NCBI GenBank assembly: GCA_017999835.1
Contig: JAGNLA010000006.1
Location: 1-64,000, forward strand
Source of the DNA: Caldisericia bacterium
GTDB taxonomy: Bacteria > Caldisericota > Caldisericia > JAAYUI01
Reading direction: 5' to 3'
Length of the DNA stretch: 64,000 nucleotides
This document shows positions 32,679 through 42,843 of this stretch, piece by piece. Under the pieces are notes generated by a model that saw only the letters and a list, made by a program, of their open reading frames with translations, ran no database searches and had not been told where the DNA came from. How positions within the stretch are numbered: position 1 is the first letter of the stretch; every line of letters begins with the position of its first letter. The position numbers and the translations under genes were made by a program.

Positions 32679-34253
32679 ATGAAGAGATTTTTGAAAGTGA
32701 CACTGCTAGTAGCCCTTGCAACCGTGCTTGGACTTGGAACAATTGCCATCCCGAACAACAAAACAAACGCCGAAGACGTGGAGATTTTTGGTGTGGCAGC
32801 CAACAGCTTTGGATATTACATCCTCGTGGCAAATCCAAAGACAAACACAGTCCAGAAATATGACCTTAACGGCAATTTCCTCAACGACTTCATCAAATGG
32901 TTCTCCCCACAGGAACTTGATGGCCCAGACGATCCAGTTGGCGCATGCCCAACATGGAAGTATGAAGGCCTCATCGCCGTCTCAATCTGCCGTATCACTG
33001 ACATGACAGCCGTCACTGACTATAAGCTGAGAAAAGTCTTCACCATCAACCCAAACGTCACACCTCACCACCCAATTGGCGACCCGTCAAAGAATGAACT
33101 CGAACTCCCATGGCACGCCTCGGAAACAGAAGTCTCAGACGACATCGGAAACTACGTCATCGACATGGTTGGCAACAAATATGTCAGATATGACCCGCCA
33201 GCAATTAATTTCGACAAATCCGCTGTTGAGTGCGAGGTTTATGCAAAGCCAAGATATTCAGTTCCAGCAGGATACATCAACAAACCAGCCCCGGCAGGCA
33301 CAGAGCAGGGACAGTTCAGCTCACCGGAAGGCATCGGCGTTGACAGACGTGGATTCATTCTTGTAGCAGACACTGGCAACAACCGCATCCAGAAGTTCAG
33401 AAGAGACGGCTCATTCTTTGCCGAATTCAAGGCAGACTTCAACAAGCCAGTTTACGTTATTCCTGACTTCAACGATGACTCGCCAAACAGATACTACATT
33501 GCAGACCAGGGCAACCACAGAATTGCAGTCTTTGACGAGAGAAACTTAAAGCTTGTCACTGAGATAAAGCCGACCAACGCAGATGGAACGCCACTTTTCG
33601 ATAAGATCGTCGCCGTCGCCATCGACATGGATTATAACATCTGGGTGGCAGATGTTGGAACAATGTGCCTTTACAAGCTCTCATCAATCGACTCGAAAGA
33701 GCCGGGCAAACTTATGCTCAAGATATGCAATGTTCTTGACACACCACCAATCTACACACACGTCTCAAGAATCGAACTCAAGAAGTACTCAGCAAGAGTT
33801 GATGAGTCAACCGTCAAAATCAGACCGTACGCCCAGATAGTCGGTGGCAGAACGATGGTTCCGCTCCGCTGGATTGCTGACAATGCTCTCTCCAACAAGA
33901 CAAAGAAGTTTGGTCCTATTTATAATACAACCGTTGAATGGGATGCAAAGACAAGATGCGCAACATTCACAATGCCTGAAATCAAGTTCAGTGACAAGCT
34001 GACATACCCAAAGAAGGTCGTAAAGGTTTGCATAGGAAACCAGACAGCCGAAGTCAATGGTCAGCCGGTCAAGATTGATGCCCCGCCGGTAATCATTGAC
34101 GGTTCAACGTTCGTTCCGCTTCGTTTCATTGCCGAGGCATTCGGTGCAGAAGTTAGGTACAAAGAGCCAAAGACTCAGCCGGTCACAAAGAACGGAGAAT
34201 GCATGATCATCATGCCGTCTACCGAAAAAGTGAAGGCAGCTTACGGAAGATAA
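32679..34253 (+). CDS. NHL-repeat protein with C-terminal Cu-amine-oxidase-N1-like domain (paralog 2)
   Basis: Signal peptide, then NHL repeats (GIGVDRRGFILVADTGNNRIQKF, YYIADQGNHRIAVFD, IWVADVGTMCLYKL). The C-terminus (IRPYAQIVGGRTMVPLRWIADNAL...DGSTFVPLRFIAEAFGAEV) is stalk-like. Confidence 0.8.
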   Translation: MKRFLKVTLLVALATVLGLGTIAIPNNKTNAEDVEIFGVAANSFGYYILVANPKTNTVQKYDLNGNFLNDFIKWFSPQELDGPDDPVGACPTWKYEGLIAVSICRITDMTAVTDYKLRKVFTINPNVTPHHPIGDPSKNELELPWHASETEVSDDIGNYVIDMVGNKYVRYDPPAINFDKSAVECEVYAKPRYSVPAGYINKPAPAGTEQGQFSSPEGIGVDRRGFILVADTGNNRIQKFRRDGSFFAEFKADFNKPVYVIPDFNDDSPNRYYIADQGNHRIAVFDERNLKLVTEIKPTNADGTPLFDKIVAVAIDMDYNIWVADVGTMCLYKLSSIDSKEPGKLMLKICNVLDTPPIYTHVSRIELKKYSARVDESTVKIRPYAQIVGGRTMVPLRWIADNALSNKTKKFGPIYNTTVEWDAKTRCATFTMPEIKFSDKLTYPKKVVKVCIGNQTAEVNGQPVKIDAPPVIIDGSTFVPLRFIAEAFGAEVRYKEPKTQPVTKNGECMIIMPSTEKVKAAYGR

Positions 34254-34268
34254 AAAGTTAGGAGTTTC

Positions 34269-34874
34269 GTGAATCGTATCAGCAAATGGTTTTCAAATTT
34301 TTGGGCCAGGAGAAAATGGGTCATTGTTACCATCCTGGCCCTTTGTGTTATCCTGCCAGTGTCCTGGGCAACGTTGCCAAAAGCTCAAAAGATCGAGATA
34401 CTTCGAACCTTTGGCAAGATGTGGAACGGATTGACTTCAACATGGGATACCAAATGGACAGAAATTGTTGAAGCTCTTGGGATAAAACCCAAAGCATTGT
34501 CAGGGTCGCACATACCGTGTTCTGATGATGACATTTGCAGTATGGCAATCAACAGGTCATTCAAACCGATAACCCTGGCCGACCTCAAGGCTGTCATGGG
34601 CAACAAAAACATCTCGGCCATGATTATCGACATCAGATCTATAGAAGAATATGAAAAGGGGCACATCCCCGAAGCTTTATCTATTCCAGTTGAAGACCTC
34701 AGACGGTATCTTGCCGGTGTCCCTCGGTCAACCCCGTTGATTTTGATAGGCAATGGTGATGAAAACTACAAAGAAATTGGCGAACAGCTTGTTGACCGCT
34801 GGGTTTTCTCAAATGCGAGTTTCCTGGTTGGTGGCATGAAAGCATGGGATGGAGAAATCCAGCGTGAAAAATGA
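34269..34874 (+). CDS. Rhodanese-like domain protein
   Basis: N-terminal TM helix. Rhodanese fold cues (IIDIRSIEEYEKGHIPEALSIP) and a GTG start. Confidence 0.65.
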   Translation: MNRISKWFSNFWARRKWVIVTILALCVILPVSWATLPKAQKIEILRTFGKMWNGLTSTWDTKWTEIVEALGIKPKALSGSHIPCSDDDICSMAINRSFKPITLADLKAVMGNKNISAMIIDIRSIEEYEKGHIPEALSIPVEDLRRYLAGVPRSTPLILIGNGDENYKEIGEQLVDRWVFSNASFLVGGMKAWDGEIQREK

Positions 34875-35508
34875 TTTTTTTGAACCAAAAGAGACAACAC
34901 CTGAATCGATAGCTGAATCAATACCAAACATAAAGCAGATTCTGGCCAAAAAACAAAAAAAGCAGATCTCGACCAAGCGTATAGCAGAGGTTGGAGTCAT
35001 GTCTGCAGCTCTTGTGGTGGTGTTTCTTGTTACCGCTCCTATTGTCGATACATTGCTTCCATTCATTGGATGTATGATAAGAACTATTGCCATGGCCATA
35101 TTCATATCAGGTTTTCGACATTATCCTGGTCTCGATTTCTTCCTCATAAACATGTTTGGTTCAGTGATTTATTTTGTGCTTTATCCATGCATGTGGACTG
35201 CGCTTTCAATGCCAATATCCATTGCTTTTGTGCTAATGTACAATCTTGTGAGGCGCAGGTTGCAGCCTTGGCTGTCTATCACAATAGGCGTTGCTTTTGC
35301 TTATATCGTACTTATAGCCACGCTGCCTTTTGCTGCAATGAATGAAGGAGATATCACACAATTCTGGAATTATTTCAACACCACTCTCAAATTCAGCTGG
35401 GCTTTGGTGTTGATTGTCCCTTTGGCCTGGTGGAGACAAAAAAGATCAAAAATCGTCTCATGCACTGGTTGCAACATGGATTGCAACACCGTCTCTCTTG
35501 ATCAGTGA
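34849..35508 (+). CDS. Polytopic membrane protein with a C-terminal Cys cluster
   Basis: About 5 TM helices; it ends in CTGCNMDC. Confidence 0.45.
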   Translation: MEKSSVKNDFFEPKETTPESIAESIPNIKQILAKKQKKQISTKRIAEVGVMSAALVVVFLVTAPIVDTLLPFIGCMIRTIAMAIFISGFRHYPGLDFFLINMFGSVIYFVLYPCMWTALSMPISIAFVLMYNLVRRRLQPWLSITIGVAFAYIVLIATLPFAAMNEGDITQFWNYFNTTLKFSWALVLIVPLAWWRQKRSKIVSCTGCNMDCNTVSLDQ

Positions 35509-35531
35509 TGATGGATGGATGAACAATCCGA

Positions 35532-36563
35532 TCAAGGTTGGTTTTTAGGTGTAATCGGGCTAAGTGTTGGTTGTGGTTGGCTTGGTAGTGGAATGTAGTC
35601 AAAAATTGATTTATCCAGCATCGGGTCAACTGTCCAGCCACTGATTGTTGGATGAGGGAGCAAGCCGGAAGCCGTCTTTTCATTTGGAACAAGATAAACC
35701 TGATCCCTGTCGGTGTCCATTGCAAACCTGTATTTACCAATCAAGGTTTCCCATCCAGGGGCCATCGGTTCGCCATTTTCAAGCTTGAACAATCTGTCTT
35801 GTGTCATGCGCAGAGCAACAGCCTCTTCGGATGCATTGATCTCCGATTCGGTTCTCCCTACAAACTCCTCGGGTCTTGATGGCAATCTGAAGAAGGTTTT
35901 CCTCATTAGGTCAAACTTTGGCGACATTGTTTCCCAGTCAGACTTTTTGCATTCCTGTGACATGATTATGGCAAAGCTTGAGTTTGCCTTTGATTCTTTC
36001 TCGTCTTTATAGTTGAACCACCAAACAAAGTATGTGCCTGTAAGATCGACTTCTTCCATTTTTCTGTCATAATTAATGGTGGAAAAAGATGCTTCGGCTG
36101 AAAGAGTGTCTTCAAACGTTGGCATCGGGGTTGACCAGCCGTCGATATCCTTGCGCTCGCCAAAAGAAAACGCCTTTTCGTTTGGTTTGACAATTTCCAT
36201 GTCTACAAAGGTCATGGCATCGTTAAACCCTGCGTTGGCCTTACAAAGAATGGAAAACGTTGATATGTTGTCCTTGTGTTTGAAGATGAATTCGCCAGAT
36301 TGCTCATATCTCTTCTGGTCAAATGTGAAACCGTCGGGAATATTTATAAAAGCGCCAAAGAATTCTGATGTTTGTGGGCTTTTGATAACAGTTATTGGAT
36401 AAAAGTTGCTCTCCTTGAGTTCAACTTTTGGATTCTCTGTCATTTCTTTTTTTGTTTCCGATGCAGAACCGCAACCAACTGCCAAGATAACCAGGGCTAT
36501 TACTGCTGATAGTTTTTTCATGAATGAGAATCTAGCCGAAAAAGTGGAAAATCTCAAGCCCAA
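35532..36563 (-). CDS. Lipoprotein, hypothetical
   Basis: Lipobox ILAVGC at MKKLSAVIALVILAVGCGS. The true start is probably the internal Met near 36521. Confidence 0.6.
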   Translation of the reverse strand: MGLRFSTFSARFSFMKKLSAVIALVILAVGCGSASETKKEMTENPKVELKESNFYPITVIKSPQTSEFFGAFINIPDGFTFDQKRYEQSGEFIFKHKDNISTFSILCKANAGFNDAMTFVDMEIVKPNEKAFSFGERKDIDGWSTPMPTFEDTLSAEASFSTINYDRKMEEVDLTGTYFVWWFNYKDEKESKANSSFAIIMSQECKKSDWETMSPKFDLMRKTFFRLPSRPEEFVGRTESEINASEEAVALRMTQDRLFKLENGEPMAPGWETLIGKYRFAMDTDRDQVYLVPNEKTASGLLPHPTISGWTVDPMLDKSIFDYIPLPSQPQPTLSPITPKNQP

Positions 36564-36611
36564 CTTGAACTAAAGCCATTGGATGGTAGAATTGTTCCTG
36601 TTACAAGGAGG

Positions 36612-37913
36612 ATGCAGGTGGATTATCTAATCATCGGCAGTGGCGGTAGAGAACATGCGCTCTGTCACGCTGTGGCAAAAACCGACAAGGCTTTCGTGGC
36701 GCCAGGGAACCCTGGAATGACCGATGTTGCCGAAACCGTGAAACTTGGCTCGGACTTCCAGTCGGTTGCAGATTTTGTAGGTGAGAAATCGATAAAAACA
36801 GTCATCATTGGCCCTGAAAATCCACTTTGTGCTGGTATGTCCGATTTTTTGAGGGATAAGGGAATCAATGTCTTTGGCCCATCAAAAAAAGGCGCCATGC
36901 TCGAAGGATCAAAAGTCTACGCCAAGGATTTCATGAAGCGGTACAACATCCCGACTGCCCAGTCCCAAACCTTTGACAATGCAAAGGAAGCGGTTGAATT
37001 TGTCAGAAAACATGATTTTCCAGTGGTCATAAAGGTCGATGGTTTGGCTGCCGGAAAAGGGGTTCATATTGCAGAGGATCTGCGTGAAGCAGAAATTGCC
37101 ATCAACGCCATCCTTTCAGAAAATCAGTTCGGAGAGGCAGGCAGAGCCGTAGTCATCGAGGAGTTTTTGGTTGGCAGGGAACTGTCAATGCTGGTGCTGT
37201 TTGACAACAATACCTTTGTGCCTCTGACTCCTTCAAGGGATCACAAACAGCTTGAAGACGGCAACAAAGGGCCAATGACCGGTGGCATGGGCGCATTCAC
37301 GCCTGTTCCAGACCTGGACAGCCTGACTTACAACCGAATAATTGCTGAAGTCGTCAAACCGTCAACTGAAGGCATAAACAAGGAAGGCAGCCTGTACCGT
37401 GGTGTTCTTTACTGTGGACTGATGCTCACAAAATCCGGCCCCAAGGTTCTTGAGTACAACTGTCGTTTTGGTGATCCCGAAGCAGAAGTCGTCATCCCAA
37501 TGATAAAAACTCCGTTTTCAGAGATTGCCGACGCAGTGGCCGAAGGTCAGCTTTCAAAAATAAATGTTGAATTTAGTAAAGGCTTTGCAGCCTGTGTCGT
37601 GCTTGCTTCGCAAGGCTATCCGGCAAAACCTGTGACAGGCATCAAAATTGAAGGCATGGATCAGGCAAGACAATTGCCAAACTCTATTCTTTTTGCAGCA
37701 GGAGTTGGCAAGTCAGGCGATGATTTTGTCACCTCAGGCGGTCGAGTTCTGACATGTACAGGCATGGGCTCAACTTTGCGCATGGCTCTTGGCAGGGCTT
37801 ATGCAATGACCAGGGTTGCAAAATTCCAGGGCATGCAGATGCGCGGCGACATCGGTGGAAGATACGCAAGAGGCAGGACGACTATCCTGTCGCTTAGAAG
37901 AAACCAGAAATAA
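36612..37913 (+). CDS. purD: Phosphoribosylamine--glycine ligase
   Basis: MQVDYLIIGSGGREHALCHAV N-terminus and an ATP-grasp core. An AGGAGG RBS sits upstream of 36612. The ORF-track start at 36579 is probably too early. Confidence 0.9.
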   Translation: MQVDYLIIGSGGREHALCHAVAKTDKAFVAPGNPGMTDVAETVKLGSDFQSVADFVGEKSIKTVIIGPENPLCAGMSDFLRDKGINVFGPSKKGAMLEGSKVYAKDFMKRYNIPTAQSQTFDNAKEAVEFVRKHDFPVVIKVDGLAAGKGVHIAEDLREAEIAINAILSENQFGEAGRAVVIEEFLVGRELSMLVLFDNNTFVPLTPSRDHKQLEDGNKGPMTGGMGAFTPVPDLDSLTYNRIIAEVVKPSTEGINKEGSLYRGVLYCGLMLTKSGPKVLEYNCRFGDPEAEVVIPMIKTPFSEIADAVAEGQLSKINVEFSKGFAACVVLASQGYPAKPVTGIKIEGMDQARQLPNSILFAAGVGKSGDDFVTSGGRVLTCTGMGSTLRMALGRAYAMTRVAKFQGMQMRGDIGGRYARGRTTILSLRRNQK

Positions 37914-37923
37914 GGAGAAAAAA

Positions 37924-38409
37924 ATGGAAAACATTCAGGTTTGCATAATACTTGGCTCAAAGTCTGATCTTGACGCTTGCCAAAAAGCCAATGACGTGTT
38001 TGATAAACTGGGCGTCTCTTACGAAGTCGTCATCTCCTCAGCTCATAGAACACCGGACAGAACGGCTGAAATTGCCAAAGCCCTCGAAGGCAGGGGCGTA
38101 AAAGCTGTCATTTGCATGGCTGGCTACGCTGCCCATCTTCCAGGTGTTGTGGCTGCCTACACAAAACTGCCGGTCATCGCCGTCCCGCTTGCAGGTTCGC
38201 CGCTTAACGGCCTTGACGCGCTCTATGCCCAGCAGATGCCAGCAGGCGTTCCGGTTGCCTGCATGACCATTGGCAACGCTGGCGCTACAAACGCTGCACT
38301 GTTTTGCGCAAGGATGTTTGCCACAACCGACACCCAGGTGAACAAAAAACTTGCCGACTACATCGAAGACATGAAGCAAAAGGTTATCGAAAGCTCTTTA
38401 CAAAAATAA
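37924..38409 (+). CDS. purE: N5-carboxyaminoimidazole ribonucleotide mutase
   Basis: MENIQVCIILGSKSDL...SAHRTPD...AGxAAHLPGVVAA signature. It starts 10 nt after the purD stop. Confidence 0.9.
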   Translation: MENIQVCIILGSKSDLDACQKANDVFDKLGVSYEVVISSAHRTPDRTAEIAKALEGRGVKAVICMAGYAAHLPGVVAAYTKLPVIAVPLAGSPLNGLDALYAQQMPAGVPVACMTIGNAGATNAALFCARMFATTDTQVNKKLADYIEDMKQKVIESSLQK

Positions 38410-38449
38410 ATCCCATTTAAACCAAACCCTTTGTTTAAAATTTAAAGCC

Positions 38450-39280
38450 GTGGTTTTGGTTGAACTTTTGTCAATAGGAGCTACACTCCTCTTGACAAAA
38501 GTTGATAAACAAGGAGTGCTCAAAGTGCCAAAGTTTGTTATTGTACCGGAATTGTTATCGTACCCAATTGAGATTCTCGACGTGCCCCACAGGGTCATGA
38601 TCAGGCTCAAACAAAAAGACATCCGCACACTTGAGCAGCTTTCCCAGATGTCTGAGGAAGACCTCCTTTCCATCTATCATTTTGGCAGAAAGTCTCTCGA
38701 CGACATAACAAGAAGACTCGAACTGATAAACGAATGCGCCAGAAAAAAAGGCGGACCACCGTCCGAACTGCTCGAGTGTATGAGGCTCAGGCTTTCAGGC
38801 ACAAACGGCATGATCGAGCAAATAGTCAGCTCTGTTGCTGACAGCGAAGTCGAAGAAAAGTCCATTTCGTACTTCCTAAGTGTCATCCCAACCCGTTCGG
38901 CGTTTGTTCTTGTCGAGAGACTGGGATTACGCAGGCAGGGCAGGCGAACGCTCCAGGAGCTTGCCGACATGATGAACCTCACCCGCGAAAGGGTGCGCCA
39001 ACTTCAGAACCGCTCCATGGAATTGCTCATGGACGCCGTCGAAGAAGCCCGGATACTCGAGTTTTGGGACAGAATCCTCTCCGAGGCCGCACTCGACCAG
39101 CCGACAGGCGAGCAGGCGTTCCTCGAACACATCGCAAGGTCAGGCTTTATTGGCAAGTCCACGCCAGCCGGTTTTGTCATCATCGCCACGCATCTTATCA
39201 AAGGCACCGACATTCCGGTACTGCTCAAAGCCTCCCGCGATGGAAGACTCTACAGATTCTGGGTTAGAAGGAAGAAGTAA
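38450..39280 (+). CDS. Chimeric regulator: RNAP alpha-CTD-like HhH domain plus sigma70 region-4-like HTH
   Basis: MIRLKQKDIRTLEQLSQMSEEDLLSIYHFGRKSLDDITRRLE fits the alpha-CTD pattern (L.R..N.L......DL......DLL.I.N.G.KSL.EI). GRRTLQELADMMNLTRERVRQLQNRSMELL fits sigma70 region 4.2. Confidence 0.55.
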   Translation: MVLVELLSIGATLLLTKVDKQGVLKVPKFVIVPELLSYPIEILDVPHRVMIRLKQKDIRTLEQLSQMSEEDLLSIYHFGRKSLDDITRRLELINECARKKGGPPSELLECMRLRLSGTNGMIEQIVSSVADSEVEEKSISYFLSVIPTRSAFVLVERLGLRRQGRRTLQELADMMNLTRERVRQLQNRSMELLMDAVEEARILEFWDRILSEAALDQPTGEQAFLEHIARSGFIGKSTPAGFVIIATHLIKGTDIPVLLKASRDGRLYRFWVRRKK

Positions 39281-39308
39281 GGATTGTTGTTACAGCCAAG
39301 TTGCTGAG

Positions 39309-39636
39309 TTAAAAATTTGCTACATGTTTATTCGGAAGCTTGTTAAACATTTCTTTTGCTTTATTGTATCCTTTTATACCCGTAGCGAGGTAGACATCTT
39401 CTCTAAACATTTTTGGGTCATCTCTCAAATCGATAAGGTCTACAATTTTTTTTGTATTTCTATCTTCAATATACAAAATATAGAAGAAACCAGTATCAAT
39501 TAAGTATTCATTGTAATTCTCGCTGGAAATATGTTCTCCTCTGCCAATGTTATCTGCGCAAACAATACATTCACTCAAACCGATAGTTTTAATTGTACCA
39601 CTATGCTTAATTTTTATTGATCCAATTATCATTTGA
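39309..39636 (-). CDS. Small AT-rich hypothetical protein (~108 aa)
   Basis: Internal Met (MIIGSIK...) preceded by a GGAGG RBS. It has low GC and contains a CIVC pair. Confidence 0.4.
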
Positions 39637-39660
39637 CCTCCCTTTCTTTTATTGCGAAAA

Positions 39661-39685
39661 TAAAGATAAACTAGTTTTATCTTTA
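39661..39685 (-). terminator. Perfect 10-bp inverted repeat (terminator or operator)
   Basis: TAAAGATAAActagtTTTATCTTTA. On the minus strand it is followed by TTTT. It lies 33 nt after the MFS stop and 25 nt before the small ORF start. Confidence 0.45.
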
Positions 39686-39717
39686 TAAGATAAGAATATA
39701 GTTGAAAAGTTACAAAT

Positions 39718-40968
39718 TTAATGTGCTTCTTTTTTCCGTTCATGTTTTGGCATGACTATGAAATAAAAAGTCGAAGCGACCAGGTAGGTCATGCCGGTCA
39801 TGACAAAACTGATCCAGTGCCTGCCGTCCTCAAGCAGCTGGCCGCCGATGCGCGTTCCTGTAGAATTGAGCACGTTCCAGCCGACGGTGATAAATGAGGA
39901 AACTGTCGATAACTCTGACGGCTGGCACACACCCATCCAAAAGCTGCTCCAGACAGGGCCGGTCATGTTCATCAGCGCGTTTCTGATGGCAAAGCCGATG
40001 GCTGCAACATAAAAGTTAGGCGCAAACAGCGTCAGCAACAGGAATGGGATCGAGAGGTACTGGCAATACAGCACAGTTCTGAGGTTGCCGATTTTTTTGG
40101 CAACAATTGGGGAGAGGTACATACCAAAGAAATACGGGAATTTTGCAATCGAAGCCAACGTTCCCCACTGGTCGGCGGTAGTGTTGTAAACCTTTTTGAA
40201 GTAGAGCGCAAACAGAGGAACGGTAAAACCGGCGCCAAAACCAATCAGGAACTGACCAAGCAGCAGTTTCCAGATGAAACCCCAGGACTTCACGTTGCCA
40301 AAAAGCCTTGCAAAAATGTTGCTTCCTTGAAGTTTTGGTCTCGGAACCGAAGCGACAGGTCTGAGTCTGAGGTAGAAACTCACTGACACAGCCGAGAAGC
40401 ACATGGCAATAGCTAGCGCGCACCTGTAGGCAAAGATGCTGCCTGGTTCAACATTAAAAATCTGTGACGCAAGCCAGGTCAGTTTACCGCCAATGAAGTT
40501 ACCAATGATGACTGCGCCTAGGTTTGACATTGCAATCATGGAGAGGATGTTGACGCGCTTGTCAGGATCGGAGCTTTCGACAAGCAGGGGGCCTTCAGAC
40601 AGGCTGTGGGCTGAGCTGGCGATGGTCGAAACAACCGTTGCAGTCATGATGACTGGTGAGAGCGGCAAGAAAACCTGGATGATAAACATTGGGAATGTGA
40701 TCAGCTGCGCAATAAATATTGACCACTTTCTGCCAATCTTGTCAACCAGCAACCCCATGGGGATTGAGACTATTCCGCCTGTCATCGTGCCAAGGGCAGC
40801 AAGAGTCGCAATAAATATAGGGGTGAAACCTTTTGCAAGCAGGAAATATGTGAAGTTTGCTTCGGTTATGCCACCTGAAAGCCCGGCAAAAAACGTTGCA
40901 AAAAGCACTATCCTTGTGTTAAAAGGCATCTGCCCCAGAAAAGCAAACGGTCTGAAGGATCGACTCAT
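39718..40968 (-). CDS. MFS transporter
   Basis: 12 predicted TM helices with two-domain MFS architecture. Confidence 0.8.
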   Translation of the reverse strand: MSRSFRPFAFLGQMPFNTRIVLFATFFAGLSGGITEANFTYFLLAKGFTPIFIATLAALGTMTGGIVSIPMGLLVDKIGRKWSIFIAQLITFPMFIIQVFLPLSPVIMTATVVSTIASSAHSLSEGPLLVESSDPDKRVNILSMIAMSNLGAVIIGNFIGGKLTWLASQIFNVEPGSIFAYRCALAIAMCFSAVSVSFYLRLRPVASVPRPKLQGSNIFARLFGNVKSWGFIWKLLLGQFLIGFGAGFTVPLFALYFKKVYNTTADQWGTLASIAKFPYFFGMYLSPIVAKKIGNLRTVLYCQYLSIPFLLLTLFAPNFYVAAIGFAIRNALMNMTGPVWSSFWMGVCQPSELSTVSSFITVGWNVLNSTGTRIGGQLLEDGRHWISFVMTGMTYLVASTFYFIVMPKHERKKEAH

Positions 40969-40975
40969 GGCAAAA

Positions 40976-42766
40976 TCAACACTCTTCTACCCTGGCTGTT
41001 GCCAGCCTGCCCATAGATTCGACAATGCTACCGCCAAAACACAGCCAGAAACTGAAAGCATAAGGTCTTCGGTTTAGATAGAACAGGTCTGCATGCTGGG
41101 CATGGCGCTTGAACACTCCTGCAATAACAAGAGAAATAGCCTTGTCAACTTTGGCAAGCTCTTTTTGGTCTTTGAAATCTTTTTTTTGTAATCGGCGAAT
41201 TTCCAGCAATGATTCCCTTACGTCCATGAGTTGTCTGAGTTTTTTTGCAGATTTTTTCGTCATTGGTTTTGAGATGCCGGAAATATTGCCCAGTTTTTTC
41301 AGTCTTTCCGGCAGAGGGTTTGGCAGGTTTCCATCAAGTTCAGCCAGGATAAACCTTGCAATCGAGACAAGCTGGGTCGGGTGGTAGTGACATGCCTCAA
41401 GAATATCCTGAGATTTTCCGGCTTGCGTCCTCCAGTTGTCGGCAAACCATTTTCCTTCCACCCATTCCCCGTAAAAACACGAGAGGAAGGATGGCAGCCT
41501 GAGCTTGCCCCCAACCTGGTCGAGTCTGTCGAGGGCGTCCATGCCGATGCGCAGAATTGTGCCGTTTGGGAAATCCACACCTCTTGCGATCAGCCCTTTT
41601 GTCAGGTGCCCCACCATTGGAGTGTATTTTGAGCCTTTTTCAGGTAGGGCAATTGTCAGCGGTGGTCGTGAGAGTTCGGTTATGAGGGGGCCTGCTTTGC
41701 CGATAAGCGAGATGCAGCATGGCATCTGGCTGATTGTTTTTGCTATGTCGGTGTTTGTGAAGGGTTTTGTGATGTCAAACTGCTTGACAATTTGTCCACG
41801 GTAAAAGGCTAGTTTTACATTGTTTTCTTCAAACACAGCCTTTGTTCGCCAACGAACCAGACCTTTATTGTCATCATCACACTGAAGAAAATATGGCAGT
41901 TCCATTGTCTGCTTGTCCAGCTTGAGCCTTTTTAGCGGGAGCTTGGCTTTCATCAGGGCTTCGTTGTAGGCCTGCTCAAACTCTTGAGGGTGGTTCAGGA
42001 GTGTGGTCAAGGTGATATTTGGTACCTCGGTGTTTGTGAGCTTAAAAATGTCAGAAGCCTTGGCAATTTCAGGTGAAGGTTTTTTTAGGCATTCTTCCCA
42101 CATGAAACGCCAGATGAACAGTTGAAGGTCTGAGATGGTCAGATTTGTGCCAGTTTCGAGGAATGTTTTTGCTTGGCCGTGGAAGAGTCTTGCCCTTTTT
42201 TCAACCTCAGGCCTTGAGGATGCCGGAACAGACCAAAGTGCGCCCCTGTAAGCTTTTAAAAACAAACTGGCATAGGTTTTGACTAGATTTTCATCAAGCA
42301 GGTATGACGAGATTGACCTTTGGGCATCTTCCGTTGGCACAATGCCGAAATAATTTTCTGACTCTGATATCGATTTTGGCAGTCTGCCTTTTACCCAATG
42401 AATTCCCAAATCGGCAAGCGATTCAGAAAGTTCAAACTTCTCAACAACTTCATCAAAAGTCTCGTCCAGATGCTTGAAGTGAAAACCCCAGTGTTTGAAC
42501 TGTTTTGGCTCTATAGGCAGCACATAGAACGGTCCGTACGAAATGTCCTGATGAATCCAGACTATGCCTTTGTATTTGTTGCAAAAATCGGTTGTTATCT
42601 GGTATGGATCGCTGGTTTTGACCGAAAAATCAGGTGTTCCAAACTTTTCATCCTGAATGAAGAATCTGGTATGGTTTCCCGAAAGGGCAAGCCAATAATC
42701 GGTTGGGACGGCGTCCCAAGCAAGATTCTGGTCGCCTTTGAAGATGATTTTGTCCATTTTTCGCAT
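40976..42766 (-). CDS. Hypothetical conserved soluble protein (596 aa)
   Basis: Long ORF, no secure motif. There is a weak impression of a carbohydrate-active enzyme. Confidence 0.5.
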   Translation of the reverse strand: MRKMDKIIFKGDQNLAWDAVPTDYWLALSGNHTRFFIQDEKFGTPDFSVKTSDPYQITTDFCNKYKGIVWIHQDISYGPFYVLPIEPKQFKHWGFHFKHLDETFDEVVEKFELSESLADLGIHWVKGRLPKSISESENYFGIVPTEDAQRSISSYLLDENLVKTYASLFLKAYRGALWSVPASSRPEVEKRARLFHGQAKTFLETGTNLTISDLQLFIWRFMWEECLKKPSPEIAKASDIFKLTNTEVPNITLTTLLNHPQEFEQAYNEALMKAKLPLKRLKLDKQTMELPYFLQCDDDNKGLVRWRTKAVFEENNVKLAFYRGQIVKQFDITKPFTNTDIAKTISQMPCCISLIGKAGPLITELSRPPLTIALPEKGSKYTPMVGHLTKGLIARGVDFPNGTILRIGMDALDRLDQVGGKLRLPSFLSCFYGEWVEGKWFADNWRTQAGKSQDILEACHYHPTQLVSIARFILAELDGNLPNPLPERLKKLGNISGISKPMTKKSAKKLRQLMDVRESLLEIRRLQKKDFKDQKELAKVDKAISLVIAGVFKRHAQHADLFYLNRRPYAFSFWLCFGGSIVESMGRLATARVEEC

Positions 42767-42843
42767 TTGATTTTACCCAATATGTACAAAAAAATTCTTA
42801 AAGCTCTTTAATAAAAACCGCCAAATGCCTATAATCTGGTACC

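Noticed and set aside
40976-42766. Assignment of the 596-aa protein as a GH57-type glycoside hydrolase
   Set aside because: The resemblance was only vague and the hallmark motifs could not be confirmed by eye, so I left it as hypothetical.
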